A stretch of DNA of 63,175 nucleotides, filler included, from Saprolegnia diclina VS20 (GCF_000281045.1; 5 parts of 3 records of this genome joined end to end with filler, not necessarily neighbours in it); one strand, 5' to 3'; counted from the first letter of the whole stretch, positions 48,216-59,805 are shown. A program made the numbers and translations. The notes: a model not told the origin generated them from the letters alone.

Positions 48216-48627
48216 CTGGCGCTGCGGGCCACGCCTGTGTACACTAAATTCTTCATTTTCTGTACGTGTAGTACCAAGGGAATATAACAGTACATACCTT
48301 AGTCGACCTTCAAGTGCGTTTGTTGTTGATGGAGAATGCGGCATGGCCTTGGCATGCGGTCGTCGCTGTACGTGATTGGTTGTATATTTTCATATGCATG
48401 TATTTTAATATCTACGTATTAGTATGTGAATAAAACAAATCTCCATGGACGCATCGGGTTGGCTCGTCGTGGCGTCCGCCTGTCTAGATCGAATACTGAA
48501 AGCAAGTGAAATGCGATGACACGCGACGAGAGCAGAAAGGATATGCAGGTGCTCTGCCGTGAACAATGGCGGTGCCAGAGCCACTACTGCGTACTCGGTT
48601 TCTGTACGTCAACACATTCTCGCTAAC

Positions 48628-49242
48628 ATGAGCGCTCCAAGTGTCACCGTCTTGACCCAGGCCGACCTCCTGCGCACGGTCCTAAGCTACCAGCAGGGCG
48701 TGCCGATGGCGGTCGGCCTGGCCTGCCAACGCTACCGCCGCCACCTCGGCCACGTCTCCCAGAAGGCCCACCCTGAAGTGACGCATCTCATCGCAACACC
48801 CGCGCGCTTCCACGGCTTTGTTTTGTCCAAGCTCGTCCAACACCGCGATGTCACGACGGCTCTTGCCCTTCTCGCCACATTTTCCGACGCCACGACGCTC
48901 AAGCTGCCACGCGTCAAGCAAAAGTACACCTACACGATGGACTACGCCGCGAGAGCGCGCAGTCTACCGCTCCTAAAGGAGCTCCACGCGCGACGGCTCG
49001 GGAGCTGCTCCAACGCTGCCTTGGACGCAGCGGCGGCCAACGGCGACGTGGCCATCCTGGAATTTTTGCATGCCAACACATACCAGCGCTGTACGCAAAA
49101 GGGCCTCGCGGCCGCGCGGCGCAACAAGCATCTCGATGTTGTGGCGCTTCTCGAGGAGAGACGCGACCGGTGCCGTGAGACGACGTCCCATGAGATCTCG
49201 GGCGCCCAGTTTGGTTTTGCAGCCCCGTGTATAGTTCAATAA
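48628..49242 (+). CDS. Ankyrin-repeat protein
   Basis: TMDYAAR, CSNAALDAAAANGDVAILEFLH, AARRNKHLDVVALL; N-terminal VLTQADLLRTVLSYQQG. Confidence 0.8.
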   Translation: MSAPSVTVLTQADLLRTVLSYQQGVPMAVGLACQRYRRHLGHVSQKAHPEVTHLIATPARFHGFVLSKLVQHRDVTTALALLATFSDATTLKLPRVKQKYTYTMDYAARARSLPLLKELHARRLGSCSNAALDAAAANGDVAILEFLHANTYQRCTQKGLAAARRNKHLDVVALLEERRDRCRETTSHEISGAQFGFAAPCIVQ

Positions 49243-49528
49243 TGTGGTCTAATGGGTCCCAGAGTGTGTCCGAGCAGCGTTTAATCAAAACACTAAGTCT
49301 CGTAGCGCGTTCCAGTAGTCTGCGTTTGCCAACCACCTTAAGCGTTCGCATACAGACGGTGTCGATGAGCGAAGCTTTTTGAATGACCCTATTCTTGGAC
49401 CCTGGCTGGGGTCCTATCGTCGTGACGTGGCGTGCTCTCGTACCTCGATGACGCCTTACACTGAGAAGATATGTCTTGTGCATTCCGATCTAGTTGTGTA
49501 GGCGTTACGCTAGATGATGGATTAGGGA

Positions 49529-50764
49529 TTAGGGTCGACGGCAATGTGCCTCCAAGCACGCGATTGCAGCGGTGTACGCCGCCTGACTGGGCATCCACTC
49601 GGCGCGGAGCGCAATGCCACACTCGTGCAAGAGCAAGAGAAGCGGCATCGGGTAGTACGCGTTGGCGCCAAGTAGAGACGCATCGATGGCCGCCGCTTCC
49701 AAGGGAAACCCGTGCGCGAGTAGCCAGCGCGCGCCGTTGATGTTGCGCTCTTGTAGCGCAGCGAGAACAACATTTGGTTGCACGGTCGCTCGATGGACGA
49801 GCGTCGCTGCCACGTCAAAGTGTGTACGCTGTATCGCAGCAGCAAAGGCGGCATCGACGTCGGCATCGCTGGACGCGAGGACGTCGAGCAAGTAGGCGGC
49901 AACGCGGACGTGGCCGTTGGCGGCGGCCCGTGTGAGCGCGTGCGAGGTCGCAGCGACGCCGAGCTCTACAAGGAATTGGATAACGTCGAGACGACCGTCT
50001 GCTGCAGCGCGCGTGATCGTGTTGCTCGAGTACGCAAAGCCGCGGGCAGGGAGCGTCTGCAGTAGCGGGAGCAGTCCCGCCGCAGCCACGTCGTCGACGA
50101 ACCCAGGGTAGTACGTCTCGGGCACGTGCGTGCAGAGGTAATCGGCCAGCACGCTCTTCCCAGCAGCCACCGCGCGCTTTAGAACGCGTGGCTTCCACCC
50201 GATCGTCGTGTACGTTCGCAGTAGCTGGACAAGGCGGACGTCCGCATGCGGAATGCACGACCACGGCAGCCTCCGGCCGAGAAGACATGGCTCGTACGCT
50301 GCATCCCCTCTCAGCGGCTCGAAGCGTTGACAGAGCTGTGGAAGGTAGCGCCGCTGGTCCATGAGATACGACGCGATTGCGAGGCGGTTGTACAGAAACG
50401 CTGTCTCGATGGCTTCGGCGAACGCAAGGTCCGGGCGGCAGGCCAGAATCCGCCGCACAGCATCGATGTCGCCTTCGTAGATGGCCAAGTGCAGCGGGAA
50501 CCGAGCGTCATATGAACCGTCGCGCGCCAAGCCGAGCTTAAAGCCAGGTATGCTCGTGATCAGAGCGTCGTCGTCGCTCCGCAGCGGCCGAAAGGTGGGC
50601 GGAAAGACATACCTGTTCTGGAGCCAGCGATCTGCTGTCACCAACGTGTCCTTGGTAAAGACATTTGCCTCAAGAAAGCGATATCGGACGTCTTCGTAGA
50701 CGCCAAATTGGTAGCCAAAGATGACCGCGGCCAGAGGCGGCAACGTCAGCACGACGCTCGCCAT
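49529..50764 (-). CDS. Ankyrin-repeat protein
   Basis: FPLHLAIYEGD, RAAADGRLDVIQFL, RAAANGHVRVAAYL; N-terminal VVLTLPPLAAVIFGYQFG. Confidence 0.8.
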   Translation of the reverse strand: MASVVLTLPPLAAVIFGYQFGVYEDVRYRFLEANVFTKDTLVTADRWLQNRYVFPPTFRPLRSDDDALITSIPGFKLGLARDGSYDARFPLHLAIYEGDIDAVRRILACRPDLAFAEAIETAFLYNRLAIASYLMDQRRYLPQLCQRFEPLRGDAAYEPCLLGRRLPWSCIPHADVRLVQLLRTYTTIGWKPRVLKRAVAAGKSVLADYLCTHVPETYYPGFVDDVAAAGLLPLLQTLPARGFAYSSNTITRAAADGRLDVIQFLVELGVAATSHALTRAAANGHVRVAAYLLDVLASSDADVDAAFAAAIQRTHFDVAATLVHRATVQPNVVLAALQERNINGARWLLAHGFPLEAAAIDASLLGANAYYPMPLLLLLHECGIALRAEWMPSQAAYTAAIACLEAHCRRP

Positions 50765-51529
50765 TTGCAAATGCGAAGAATGTCGGTTGCTACAATCCGA
50801 TCGCGGGGTCTTGGTTTTTGTATACCATACAAAACATAAGATATGGCGTGGCGGAACATAGTGTCGGCAGCCTGTCGTGAACTGTCTTGAGGTCATCGAA
50901 TCCGAATATCATCCGCACGCGTACTTGGCCCTCGACAAACTCGCTGTCGAGGCGGCACTGGTAGTAGAACGGATTAAACTTGACGCAGTGGCTGCCTCGC
51001 ACGTCGTCGAGCCCTTAGTTCAGACCACCGCACGTTGCCATCCGACGGACTCGACGTCGGGTCTTCACTCGGTTCGTGCGTGGGCTCATCCGAAGGCTCG
51101 TCCCTGACCTTCGGATGAACCCACACGATCATTCATTTGTAAAAATCTCGGCAGCGTTTCTAATAAGCGAGAAAAGGTCAAATGCGAATGCGCGCTCGTA
51201 CGTTCGACGCGCGTGGATGGAGCAGTTTCTCGCGGCACCCGTCAAGCTGTGTTTTGAGCACGGCCAACAAGTGCACAATCTTGAGCCGTTGCCCGAATCA
51301 GCACGCTCATCTTAGCTACGCATTTGAACCTACCCACAGTCCGTCCCTTGGGCGGCATTCCAGCACGAAGCTCTCTCTTCTCCCCACGCACTAGCGTTAT
51401 AGCCACGGGGCGAAAATGAGTACTAGAATTCTTTTGCTTAGCATGTATATCCCACCCATTTCATGCGCGGATGCGAGGCGCTCCGTCCGAATGATACAAC
51501 TACCAAGCTCGAGGTTGTCACGTTTTCAG

Positions 51530-53587
51530 CTACCACGCAAACTCTTCCTTGTGAAAGTCAAAGCCATACTTCCGCGCGACGGATTGCACTTCGCGCGTGA
51601 GCGGATCGGGCCCGCACGCCAAAACGCACACCGACTTGCCGACAAAGATCGTTCTGTTGATCAGTTCGTCCCACTTGGGGCGGCGGGCGTTGTACGGTTG
51701 GTGCACCATCGACGCAGAATGCACGCTGCCTTCAGTCGACGCCGTCGTCACATAAAAGCGATAGACGAGCGACTCGGGCAGCGGGTACATGAGTGTCTCG
51801 GCCATGAGCAGATCGTTCGCGTCGCGCACCACCCAGTACAAGTGAAAGACAGCCCCAGGTTTGCCCTGTTTGTGCCGAAGCTGGTTAATCGTGCTCAGCA
51901 TCGGTGTAATGCCGACGCCGCCGGCAACGAGAACGACGACTTGGTACGATGGGAGGTGCACCGACACGGTGCCGTACGGTCCCCCGAGCACAATCGGCAG
52001 CGTCGCTCGACCCGTACCCGTGCGAACGACGACGTCTGCGACCAACTTGTCTGCAAACCGTTCGGTCGTCATGGCCTTGATGCAAAACCCGATCGAGGTA
52101 CCGTCCGGCGTGACGACGGCCGTGAACGGATGCCACTCAACGCCCGAGACACTCGGAACTTGCAGGTAGTAGAATGACGATGGGTTCATGGTCGCCACCC
52201 ATTTCTTCGTCAACGGTGTCGATGGCAGCGTCAGTGTCACGGTCTTGGGGCCCGCTAGTTGAACGGCAGCATCAAAGGTTTGGCAGAAAGCGCGAACACG
52301 AAAGACGCCCGAGAGCACGTAGAGCGCGAGGGGTACAATCATCGCGTACGCAATCACAGTGCTGTGCAAGACGACAAAAATGAAGGCGAAGACCGACGCG
52401 ATGCGGTGGTGCATGTAAAAGCGCGCATAGTGCTTGCGCCGAAACCAGCTCGCCACGACGAGCGAGAGGCCTGCTACCAGGGCAAATGCGCCAGCGATGG
52501 GCCGCACGGCGGACAGCCCATACACTTGAGTGCTAACGGGACTCGTCGCTGGAATGTACAGCACCAGGTGCACGAGGCCAAAGAGCACAAACAGCCACGA
52601 GCTCGCACGATGGAATTTCAGTACACGGTCATGGGACGAGCCAAATAAATGTTGCCAGTGCGGTCCGCGCGCAATTGGAATGAGCGAAAACATCAGGCTC
52701 AGTAACGAGAGGTGGCCCGAGATGAACGCAAAGCGAGCGTAGTTGAGAATCGGCGTTGGCGTCTGGAGATAGAGACTGGCACCGACGAGCGCACCGAGAA
52801 AGAGCAGCACGATAATGCCTTCTCCGATCTTGAGGTCGGCGAGAATCTGCACCAGTGGCGCAAGACCTTTGTCGGATTTGGGCGGAGCGCACAACGTTGT
52901 GTAGTTGATGAGGCGGAAACGACCCAAGTACGTGGCGACAATACCAAGCGCCAACATGACGCCAAAGACACCAGCTGCAATGACCGCCGTGTAGAGTGTG
53001 TTGAGCGGTGCATTGACATTGTGCGCCGCGTTGAGCGTCAGCTGAAGCGCACCGCTGGCCTTGTGGTCGGATGGGAATGACTTGGTGTCGTACGACCACG
53101 TCAACGTCGTGACGCCGCTCGGGTCAATGGCCACGTCCGAGTCGACAACGGCTGCAAGTCGCCGCTGAAACGTAAACGAGAGCACACCGTTGATGTGCGT
53201 CGACTGCGTCACGTTGATTGGCGATTGGTCCGAGTTGACGGTGGTTTCGCGACGGCCATAGCCCTTCATGGTGTAGAGCAACGCAGGAGGTGCCGCGACA
53301 TCCAAAATCACAACGTTGTACGGTGTGTCGCCGACCATTTTGGGCGTCGACGCAATGGCAAGCGACCCCCACTGCACCGTGTCGTCCGAGATGTTGAACT
53401 GGAAGCAGACATACTCGTCTTGAACAAGTACCTTGATGGATGCTGGCGTACGGCCCATTGCAATGACGGGGGCCGCAGCAAACGCAGGAGACGCACACAC
53501 GTTGGTGGTCATGGCTGGCGCAGCAGCGCTAAGAACCCCGACGAAGAGCAACTCGACCAGCGAGACGAGATGAGCTTTGAGACGCAT
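51530..53587 (-). CDS. DOMON domain + ferric reductase/NOX-like flavocytochrome (copy A, complete)
   Basis: Signal peptide; DOMON (WGSLAI..KMVG..FTFQRRL..SDH); transmembrane His pairs KFHR..VHL and HHR..VLH; WHPFT, GGPYG, LVAGGVGITP, CGP, KEEF. Confidence 0.9.
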   Translation of the reverse strand: MRLKAHLVSLVELLFVGVLSAAAPAMTTNVCASPAFAAAPVIAMGRTPASIKVLVQDEYVCFQFNISDDTVQWGSLAIASTPKMVGDTPYNVVILDVAAPPALLYTMKGYGRRETTVNSDQSPINVTQSTHINGVLSFTFQRRLAAVVDSDVAIDPSGVTTLTWSYDTKSFPSDHKASGALQLTLNAAHNVNAPLNTLYTAVIAAGVFGVMLALGIVATYLGRFRLINYTTLCAPPKSDKGLAPLVQILADLKIGEGIIVLLFLGALVGASLYLQTPTPILNYARFAFISGHLSLLSLMFSLIPIARGPHWQHLFGSSHDRVLKFHRASSWLFVLFGLVHLVLYIPATSPVSTQVYGLSAVRPIAGAFALVAGLSLVVASWFRRKHYARFYMHHRIASVFAFIFVVLHSTVIAYAMIVPLALYVLSGVFRVRAFCQTFDAAVQLAGPKTVTLTLPSTPLTKKWVATMNPSSFYYLQVPSVSGVEWHPFTAVVTPDGTSIGFCIKAMTTERFADKLVADVVVRTGTGRATLPIVLGGPYGTVSVHLPSYQVVVLVAGGVGITPMLSTINQLRHKQGKPGAVFHLYWVVRDANDLLMAETLMYPLPESLVYRFYVTTASTEGSVHSASMVHQPYNARRPKWDELINRTIFVGKSVCVLACGPDPLTREVQSVARKYGFDFHKEEFAW

Positions 53588-54866
53588 CGATGGAACACAC
53601 TACTGCCCTTACGGCAAGAGGCAGCAAAATCGTTTTTAGTTTCAAGATGAGCTCCGCTTCTCGTTCAAAATGGCCAAGATGGCTCTTCAGGCGAGTGAAA
53701 CCGAAACGAGAATCCTTGCATTTCACGTCGTCCAATGAATGTCCTTCACTCGGACGTCAACTGGTTTAAACAACCTTGTGCGTTGGTTTAACGTCAACCA
53801 ATGAAAACACTCCATGATGTGTAAGGACGCGATCTTGTCGGCCTTTTTTACGAATCCAGGTACATTGAGAAAGCGACGTCGTTGCCCGTCGTGCCTTCGG
53901 CCAACCATTTCAANNNNNNNNNNNNNNNNNNNNNNNNNNNNNNNNNNNNNNNNNNNNNNNNNNNNNNNNNNNNNNNNNNNNNNNNNNNNNNNNNNNNNNN
54001 NNNNNNNNNNNNNNNNNNNNNNNNNNNNNNNNNNNNNNNNNNNNNNNNNNNNNNNNNNNNNNNNNNNNNNNNNNNNNNNNNNNNNNNNNNNNNNNNNNNN
54101 NNNNNNNNNNNNNNNNNNNNNNNNNNNNNNNNNNNNNNNNNNNNNNNNNNNNNNNNNNNNNNNNNNNNNNNNNNNNNNNNNNNNNNNNNNNNNNNNNNNN
54201 NNNNNNNNNNNNNNNNNNNNNNNNNNNNNNNNNNNNNNNNNNNNNNNNNNNNNNNNNNNNNNNNNNNNNNNNNNNNNNNNNNNNNNNNNNNNNNNNNNNN
54301 NNNNNNNNNNNNNNNNNNNNNNNNNNNNNNNNNNNNNNNNNNNNNNNNNNNNNNNNNNNNNNNNNNNNNNNNNNNNNNNNNNNNNNNNNNNNNNNNNNNN
54401 NNNNNNNNNNNNNNNNNNNNNNNNNNNNNNNNNNNNNNNNNNNNNNNNNNNNNNNNNNNNNNNNNNNNNNNNNNNNNNNNNNNNNNNNNNNNNNNNNNNN
54501 NNNNNNNNNNNNNNNNNNNNNNNNNNNNNNNNNNNNNNNNNNNNNNNNNNNNNNNNNNNNNNNNNNNNNNNNNNNNNNNNNNNNNNNNNNNNNNNNNNNN
54601 NNNNNNNNNNNNNNNNNNNNNNNNNNNNNNNNNNNNNNNNNNNNNNNNNNNNNNNNNNNNNNNNNNNNNNNNNNNNNNNNNNNNNNNNNNNNNNNNNNNN
54701 NNNNNNNNNNNNNNNNNNNNNNNNNNNNNNNNNNNNNNNNNNNNNNNNNNNNNNNNNNNNNNNNNNNNNNNNNNNNNNNNNNNNNNNNNNNNNNNNNNNN
54801 NNNNNNNNNNNNNNNNNNNNNNNNNNNNNNNNNNNNNNNNNNNNNNNNNNNNNNNNNNNNNNNNNN

Positions 54867-56189
54867 CTGGTTCAAATTCTCGCCGACCTCAAGATCGGTG
54901 AAGTCGTGATCGTGCTGCTCTTTCTCGGGGCGCTTGTGGGCGTCGGTCTGTACCTCCAGACGCCGACACCGATCCTCAACTATGCCAACTTTGCGTTCAT
55001 CTCGGGCCACCTCTCGCTCATCAGTCTCATGTTTGCACTGCTCCCGATCGCGCGCGGACCGCACTGGCACTTTCTCTTTGGCATCTCGCACGACCGCATT
55101 CTCAAGTTTCACCGGGGCGGCTCGCGCATCGCGTTTGTCTTTGGCGTGCTGCACTTGATTCTGAATCTGAAGTTCACGAGTCCCGCCAGCACCCAAGTGT
55201 ACGGCCAGACCCAAGTCATTCCGCTCGCGGGCTTGGTCGCGCTCGGGTGCTTTCTCACGCTCGTGATTGGCGGCTACGAACCGATCCGCCGCCGCTTCTA
55301 CGCTCTCTTCCAGCTCCACCACCGCGTCTTCTCGCTCATCGGGCTCGTGGCACTTCTCTTGCACAGCACGGTCGTGCGGTACATGATGCTTTTGCCGCTC
55401 GTCGTGTACGATCTCTCGGGCGTCCTCCGGCTGCGCGCGTTTTGCCAGACATTTGACGCCCGCGTCGATGCGACGGCGGAAAACGTCGTGACGCTTGTGC
55501 TTCCTCCCACCGACCAGACCAAGCGCTGGGCGTCGACCATGAACCCGTCGTCGTTCTTCTACGTCCGCGTGCCCAGCGTCTCGGGCCTGGAGTGGCATCC
55601 GTTCTCGGCCATCGTGACGCCGGATGGCAACTCGATCGGCTTTTGCCTCAAGGTCATGACCAAACACCGTTTCGTCGACGACGTCTTCCAGTATGCGCGC
55701 TCGCAGCAAGCACTGACGCTGCCGACCACGGTCGGGGGGCCGTACGGCAAGCTGTCGCTGGACCTTGAACGATACGACGTGGTCCTTCTGGTGGCCGGCG
55801 GCATTGGCGTGACGCCGATGCTGAGCCTCGTCAACCAGTTTCGACACGTCAATCTCAAGGTCGGGAACAAGCTGCGTCTCTTTTGGAGCGTGCGCGAGGC
55901 GAGCGAGCTCTTGTGCGCCGATCGTCTCATGTTTCCGTTGCCGGCGTCGCTGTATCACCGCTTCTACGTGACGAAAGCGAGTGACGAAGGGCAGGTCATG
56001 AGCGAGTCGTCGGGTCCAGTGATCTACTACCCTGGACGCATGGTGCTCGACGAGATTGTCAACAATATCGCATACGCTGGCAAATCGGTGTGCGTTCTTG
56101 CGTGTGGACCGCCGGGTCTCGTTGCCGACACGCAGCGCCACGCGCGGAAATGTGGCTTTGACTTTCACAAGGAAGAGTTTCTGTTTTAA
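54867..56189 (+). CDS. Ferric reductase paralogue (copy B), 5' part in a gap
   Basis: Same TM, FAD and NADPH motifs as copy A (WHPFS, GGPYG, LVAGGIGVTP, KEEF). Confidence 0.88.
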   Translation: MVQILADLKIGEVVIVLLFLGALVGVGLYLQTPTPILNYANFAFISGHLSLISLMFALLPIARGPHWHFLFGISHDRILKFHRGGSRIAFVFGVLHLILNLKFTSPASTQVYGQTQVIPLAGLVALGCFLTLVIGGYEPIRRRFYALFQLHHRVFSLIGLVALLLHSTVVRYMMLLPLVVYDLSGVLRLRAFCQTFDARVDATAENVVTLVLPPTDQTKRWASTMNPSSFFYVRVPSVSGLEWHPFSAIVTPDGNSIGFCLKVMTKHRFVDDVFQYARSQQALTLPTTVGGPYGKLSLDLERYDVVLLVAGGIGVTPMLSLVNQFRHVNLKVGNKLRLFWSVREASELLCADRLMFPLPASLYHRFYVTKASDEGQVMSESSGPVIYYPGRMVLDEIVNNIAYAGKSVCVLACGPPGLVADTQRHARKCGFDFHKEEFLF

Positions 56190-56434
56190 TTCACAATATT
56201 CGCGCATAACACAGCTAGCTATGAGTTTGCAAGTAAGGAGTCGACCTGCCGCGAGTATGACGTTTCCACCGTCGCCTGATGCATGAGTTGCAGCAGCGGA
56301 AGGGTGTTGAAATGCTCTAACAGTGACAGCGTAGTCGTATCGGCATCGTTTCGCGTTCAGAGTATATATCGCAACTACACCCCTGTTTACTTGTACAATA
56401 CTAGTACATGTATATCATACAGTCTAATTGTCGC

Positions 56435-57715
56435 TCATGCATCGATGGGGAAGGCTTCGAGGACGTCGCAGCGCGAGCTGGTCATCATTTCTGTGTGGAT
56501 TTGATTGAGTGCGTGCTCGGCGAGCGCGGCGCGATTCTCTGCCTCTAGTACCGCTGCTTCGAGCTGGCTAATCACGACTGCCTTCATTTCCATCGCGTGG
56601 CGCACTCGCTCGTGAAGTCGCTCCATTTCGTCTTGCTTGGCGCGGGCCAACTGCTCCTCGAGAAGTCCTTGCTGGAGCGCATGGTGCTGTACGAGCCGCG
56701 TTTTCTCTTCGACCATTTGCGTCTGGAGCGCCCGGTGCGTGGCCAATAGTGCGTCGTACTTGGCCTTTTGCTCCTCCACGGCCTCGGCCTCGCCAGCGAC
56801 CTGGGCCTTAAGCTTACAGATGGCGACCTCGCTGCGTGGCATGGCGGCCTCGAGTTCCTGAATGCGCGTGTTGGCTTGCGCGAGTTGCCGCTCGAGCGAC
56901 TTGGCCTGGCACCGCGCGTCTTGAAGCGCACTTGTTAGAACCTGCGCCTCCTTGTCGAGCTGCATCAAGACCGCCTGTAATTGGAGCTCCGCTTGCGTCT
57001 TGAGCGCGTCGATCTTGCTCGTCACGGCGTCTTTGAGCTTGGCTTCGTACGCGACTTTCCACGACTTGGCCTTGGCGCGCACAAGTCCAACCTTTTCATT
57101 GCATGCGGCTTCGACCACTGCGAGCTGCGCGTCGGCGGCCGCTTGGATCTCGACAACTTTATCGTCGTAGAGTTTTGTGAGGTTCTCAAGCTCTTCAAAA
57201 TGGGTAATTTCGAGGCGCTGGGTTAGCTGGTCGAGCTCCGTCACATGGCTCGCCCGTAGACTCGATGACGCATCGACCTCGTGCGCGAGCTCCGACTCGA
57301 TGGCGGCGACGCGCGTCGCCCAATCCATTTCGGCGTCCGTGTAGTTGGCGCGGAGCGACGTGAGCGCATTCGTGAAGTGCTTTCGCAAGACGTCAATGTG
57401 GTCAACGAGCGTGTTTTCTCGACCAGGTCGAAGTCCTGACGTGCGCACAATGACGACGTGCTCGTCCAGGGCCGCCGCCATCGCCTGCGCCATGCGCCGC
57501 TCGGTCGTCGCAAACGGGGTTGCAAGCGCTGCACTTGGCGTTTCCTCGACGCGACACTGCTGCTTGAGTTTTAGCACCGCGTCTCGAGTGGCTTCGTACG
57601 CGCGAGCGCTCACGAGGGGTGTTTCGCCCGCCATCCCAGCGTTTCCTTGACTGAAACGATCCTCGTGGCTGAAACCACGCAACTTGAAGCCCCAATTTTC
57701 CCATGAACTCGCCAT
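56435..57715 (-). CDS. Coiled-coil protein of unknown function
   Basis: 426-aa single ORF with A/E/L/K/Q-rich heptads. Confidence 0.7.
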   Translation of the reverse strand: MASSWENWGFKLRGFSHEDRFSQGNAGMAGETPLVSARAYEATRDAVLKLKQQCRVEETPSAALATPFATTERRMAQAMAAALDEHVVIVRTSGLRPGRENTLVDHIDVLRKHFTNALTSLRANYTDAEMDWATRVAAIESELAHEVDASSSLRASHVTELDQLTQRLEITHFEELENLTKLYDDKVVEIQAAADAQLAVVEAACNEKVGLVRAKAKSWKVAYEAKLKDAVTSKIDALKTQAELQLQAVLMQLDKEAQVLTSALQDARCQAKSLERQLAQANTRIQELEAAMPRSEVAICKLKAQVAGEAEAVEEQKAKYDALLATHRALQTQMVEEKTRLVQHHALQQGLLEEQLARAKQDEMERLHERVRHAMEMKAVVISQLEAAVLEAENRAALAEHALNQIHTEMMTSSRCDVLEAFPIDA

Positions 57716-58410
57716 AGCATTTGTGCACTTGCGAGGTCGTCTCGTCCTTGGCGCTCCGCGCGGCTTTGGTGTGTACGCGAGTGCGTACCATCGAGAGAGC
57801 GAGAGTATGTAAAATGACTCTCACAGATTGGGGCGATTGAGATGAAAACCACTGAAATCTTTGGCCAACAATCAATCTTAGCGTCTGGTAGATCCAACGG
57901 CGCGCATGCATTGGCGACAAGTACGAAAACGTCCTTGTTCAGCGATGTCGGTAGACTTTTAGGCGGTTTGGAATGCCACAAGCAATATACGTAATGCTTG
58001 CTTGATGGCCATTGACGCTGGTTTTCACCACCAAGTGCAGCTCCAAGTGCACGCACGACGTCGCAGATCCCAATTGAGCAACTACGTCACGGACACATTG
58101 ACGAGGTTGACAAGCTCTCCGGTGTGGCTAATGACCGACACGTACGAGAGTAGAAAAGGCTTCACTGGTCGACCTCATAGGATTCATCACATTGGACTTC
58201 GCGGATCGACCAACGCTGTTGACGCTGGCGTCGCAATGATTTTTTGTGACTTGATGTTTGTATGCAAGTTGCTTCAATTTGCAGTTTCGATTTCGACCAA
58301 TCACGCGAGCTGGATTCTTGTCGCTAATAAATTATACGCCATATACGTGTGTTTTGTATGTGGAATAAAATGTTGGGTATTGTAGGACGATCCGCCGACT
58401 TCGCGTGTCA

Positions 58411-58425
58411 TCATTTTCACTTTGC
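58411..58425 (+). promoter_or_regulatory. Oomycete Inr+FPR-like motif
   Basis: TCATTTTCACTTTGC immediately upstream of the DHFR ATG. Confidence 0.45.
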
Positions 58426-58428
58426 ACA

Positions 58429-58976
58429 ATGCAGATCAACATCATCGCCGCGGTGCCCCGCAACCGCGTCATCGGCCGGAATGGGTCGCTGCCGTGGTCG
58501 CTGCCCAAGGACTGGAACTACTTTCTCAACACGGTCAAGGGCCACGTCTCGATCATGGGCAAAACGTGCTTCGACGAGTTCGCGGCCGGCCCCGCGTACC
58601 CCGCCATTGTCGTCTCCCGGACGCTCGTCGAAGCCGGCAAGACGCCGCCGCACACGAGCCTCGCATGCAGCTACGAAGAGGCGCTCGATATTGCGCGCAA
58701 CCAAGGTGTGAACGAGGTTTGGATTCTCGGCGGCCAACGCATCTACACCGAGGCGCTGGCCTCGGCCGACAAGCTCTACATCACGCGCATTGACGCTGAG
58801 TACGACGGTGACACGTACTTTCCCGAGTGGGACAAGCATTTTACCGTGTGCGAGTCGCGCGTTGAAGACGAAGACAACGGCGTCCAGTACGAAACATTGT
58901 CCCGGCAAATTATATGGTCTCACGCCACCTCTGTAGGCTCGCGTTTGAAGTGTGGTCGAAATCGGCTGCAAAGTAG
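58429..58976 (+). CDS. Monofunctional dihydrofolate reductase (2 exons)
   Basis: IIAAV..NRVIG..LPWSLPKD..F, IMGK, WILGG..IY, LYITRI..GDTYFP; intron 58887-58936 gives C-terminus LAFEVWSKSAAK*. Confidence 0.88.
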
Positions 58977-59805
58977 GTCGACCTAAATGCGCACCGTAGT
59001 ATTGCCCGGCTACGAGGTCACTATATACTAATTAACGACTCGTATCTCCGCCACGGACTGGGTCGTAAGAGACGCTGTGCCTGAACTCGCACAGGAGCAT
59101 TCGACCCGCTTGTTTTTCACGCACCAAGAGGGACGAAGTAACAAGCATGTCCACTATTGATCAGTTTTAGATCGCTTGTCTACACTGTCGTCCCACCTTC
59201 CTCTCTGACAGGGTCACTTGAGCTTGCAATTATATCTCTAGTCAAGATGCAGCTAGCGCATCCAACCATTCCATGATGTGAGGTATATCATGCTATACAG
59301 CAGGCCTGATCACGAAGCTGAAGCCGTCCTTGATACAATAAACGGTGCCTCGCAGCTAGAACTACACGCGGTGGAAGGACAGCAAGAAGACGTCCGCGCG
59401 CCAAGTCTGCCCTTCCCGCCCAGCATGGACTCCACCGCATCGAGACGATGGTGAAGACGAAGGTGCAGACGAAGGTGAAGATGATGACAGAGCTGACGAC
59501 GACCAAGTTGTGCACACCAGCGCTAGCGCTGCTCCGCCGCAGCCTGCTTTGCGAGAGGAGGGTTCGCCTCCGCAATCTGTCTTTTTTCCAAAATAAAGTC
59601 GTCGTCCACGAGCTCCACGAGCTCCAGCGGCCCACGTCCCCTGATTCACTTTAGCTCGTCTTGAACTATCGCAAAAGGAAGTAGGAGTCCCCACTTCCAT
59701 CGTCCAATTCCATAGAACCACAGTCATTCCAAAAATGTCAACCATATTAAACACGTTCAGGTCTAAGAGGTTTAAAAATTTCAAGGTATATAAACATTTA
59801 TCGCG

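Noticed and set aside
53814..54901. Very long ORFs spanning N runs (also near 27343-27593 and 62130-62483)
   Set aside because: Length comes from Ns translated as X
59288..59784. Ser/Pro-rich and GAY/GAR-rich low-complexity ORFs
   Set aside because: No consistent frame or domain; at most decayed sequence
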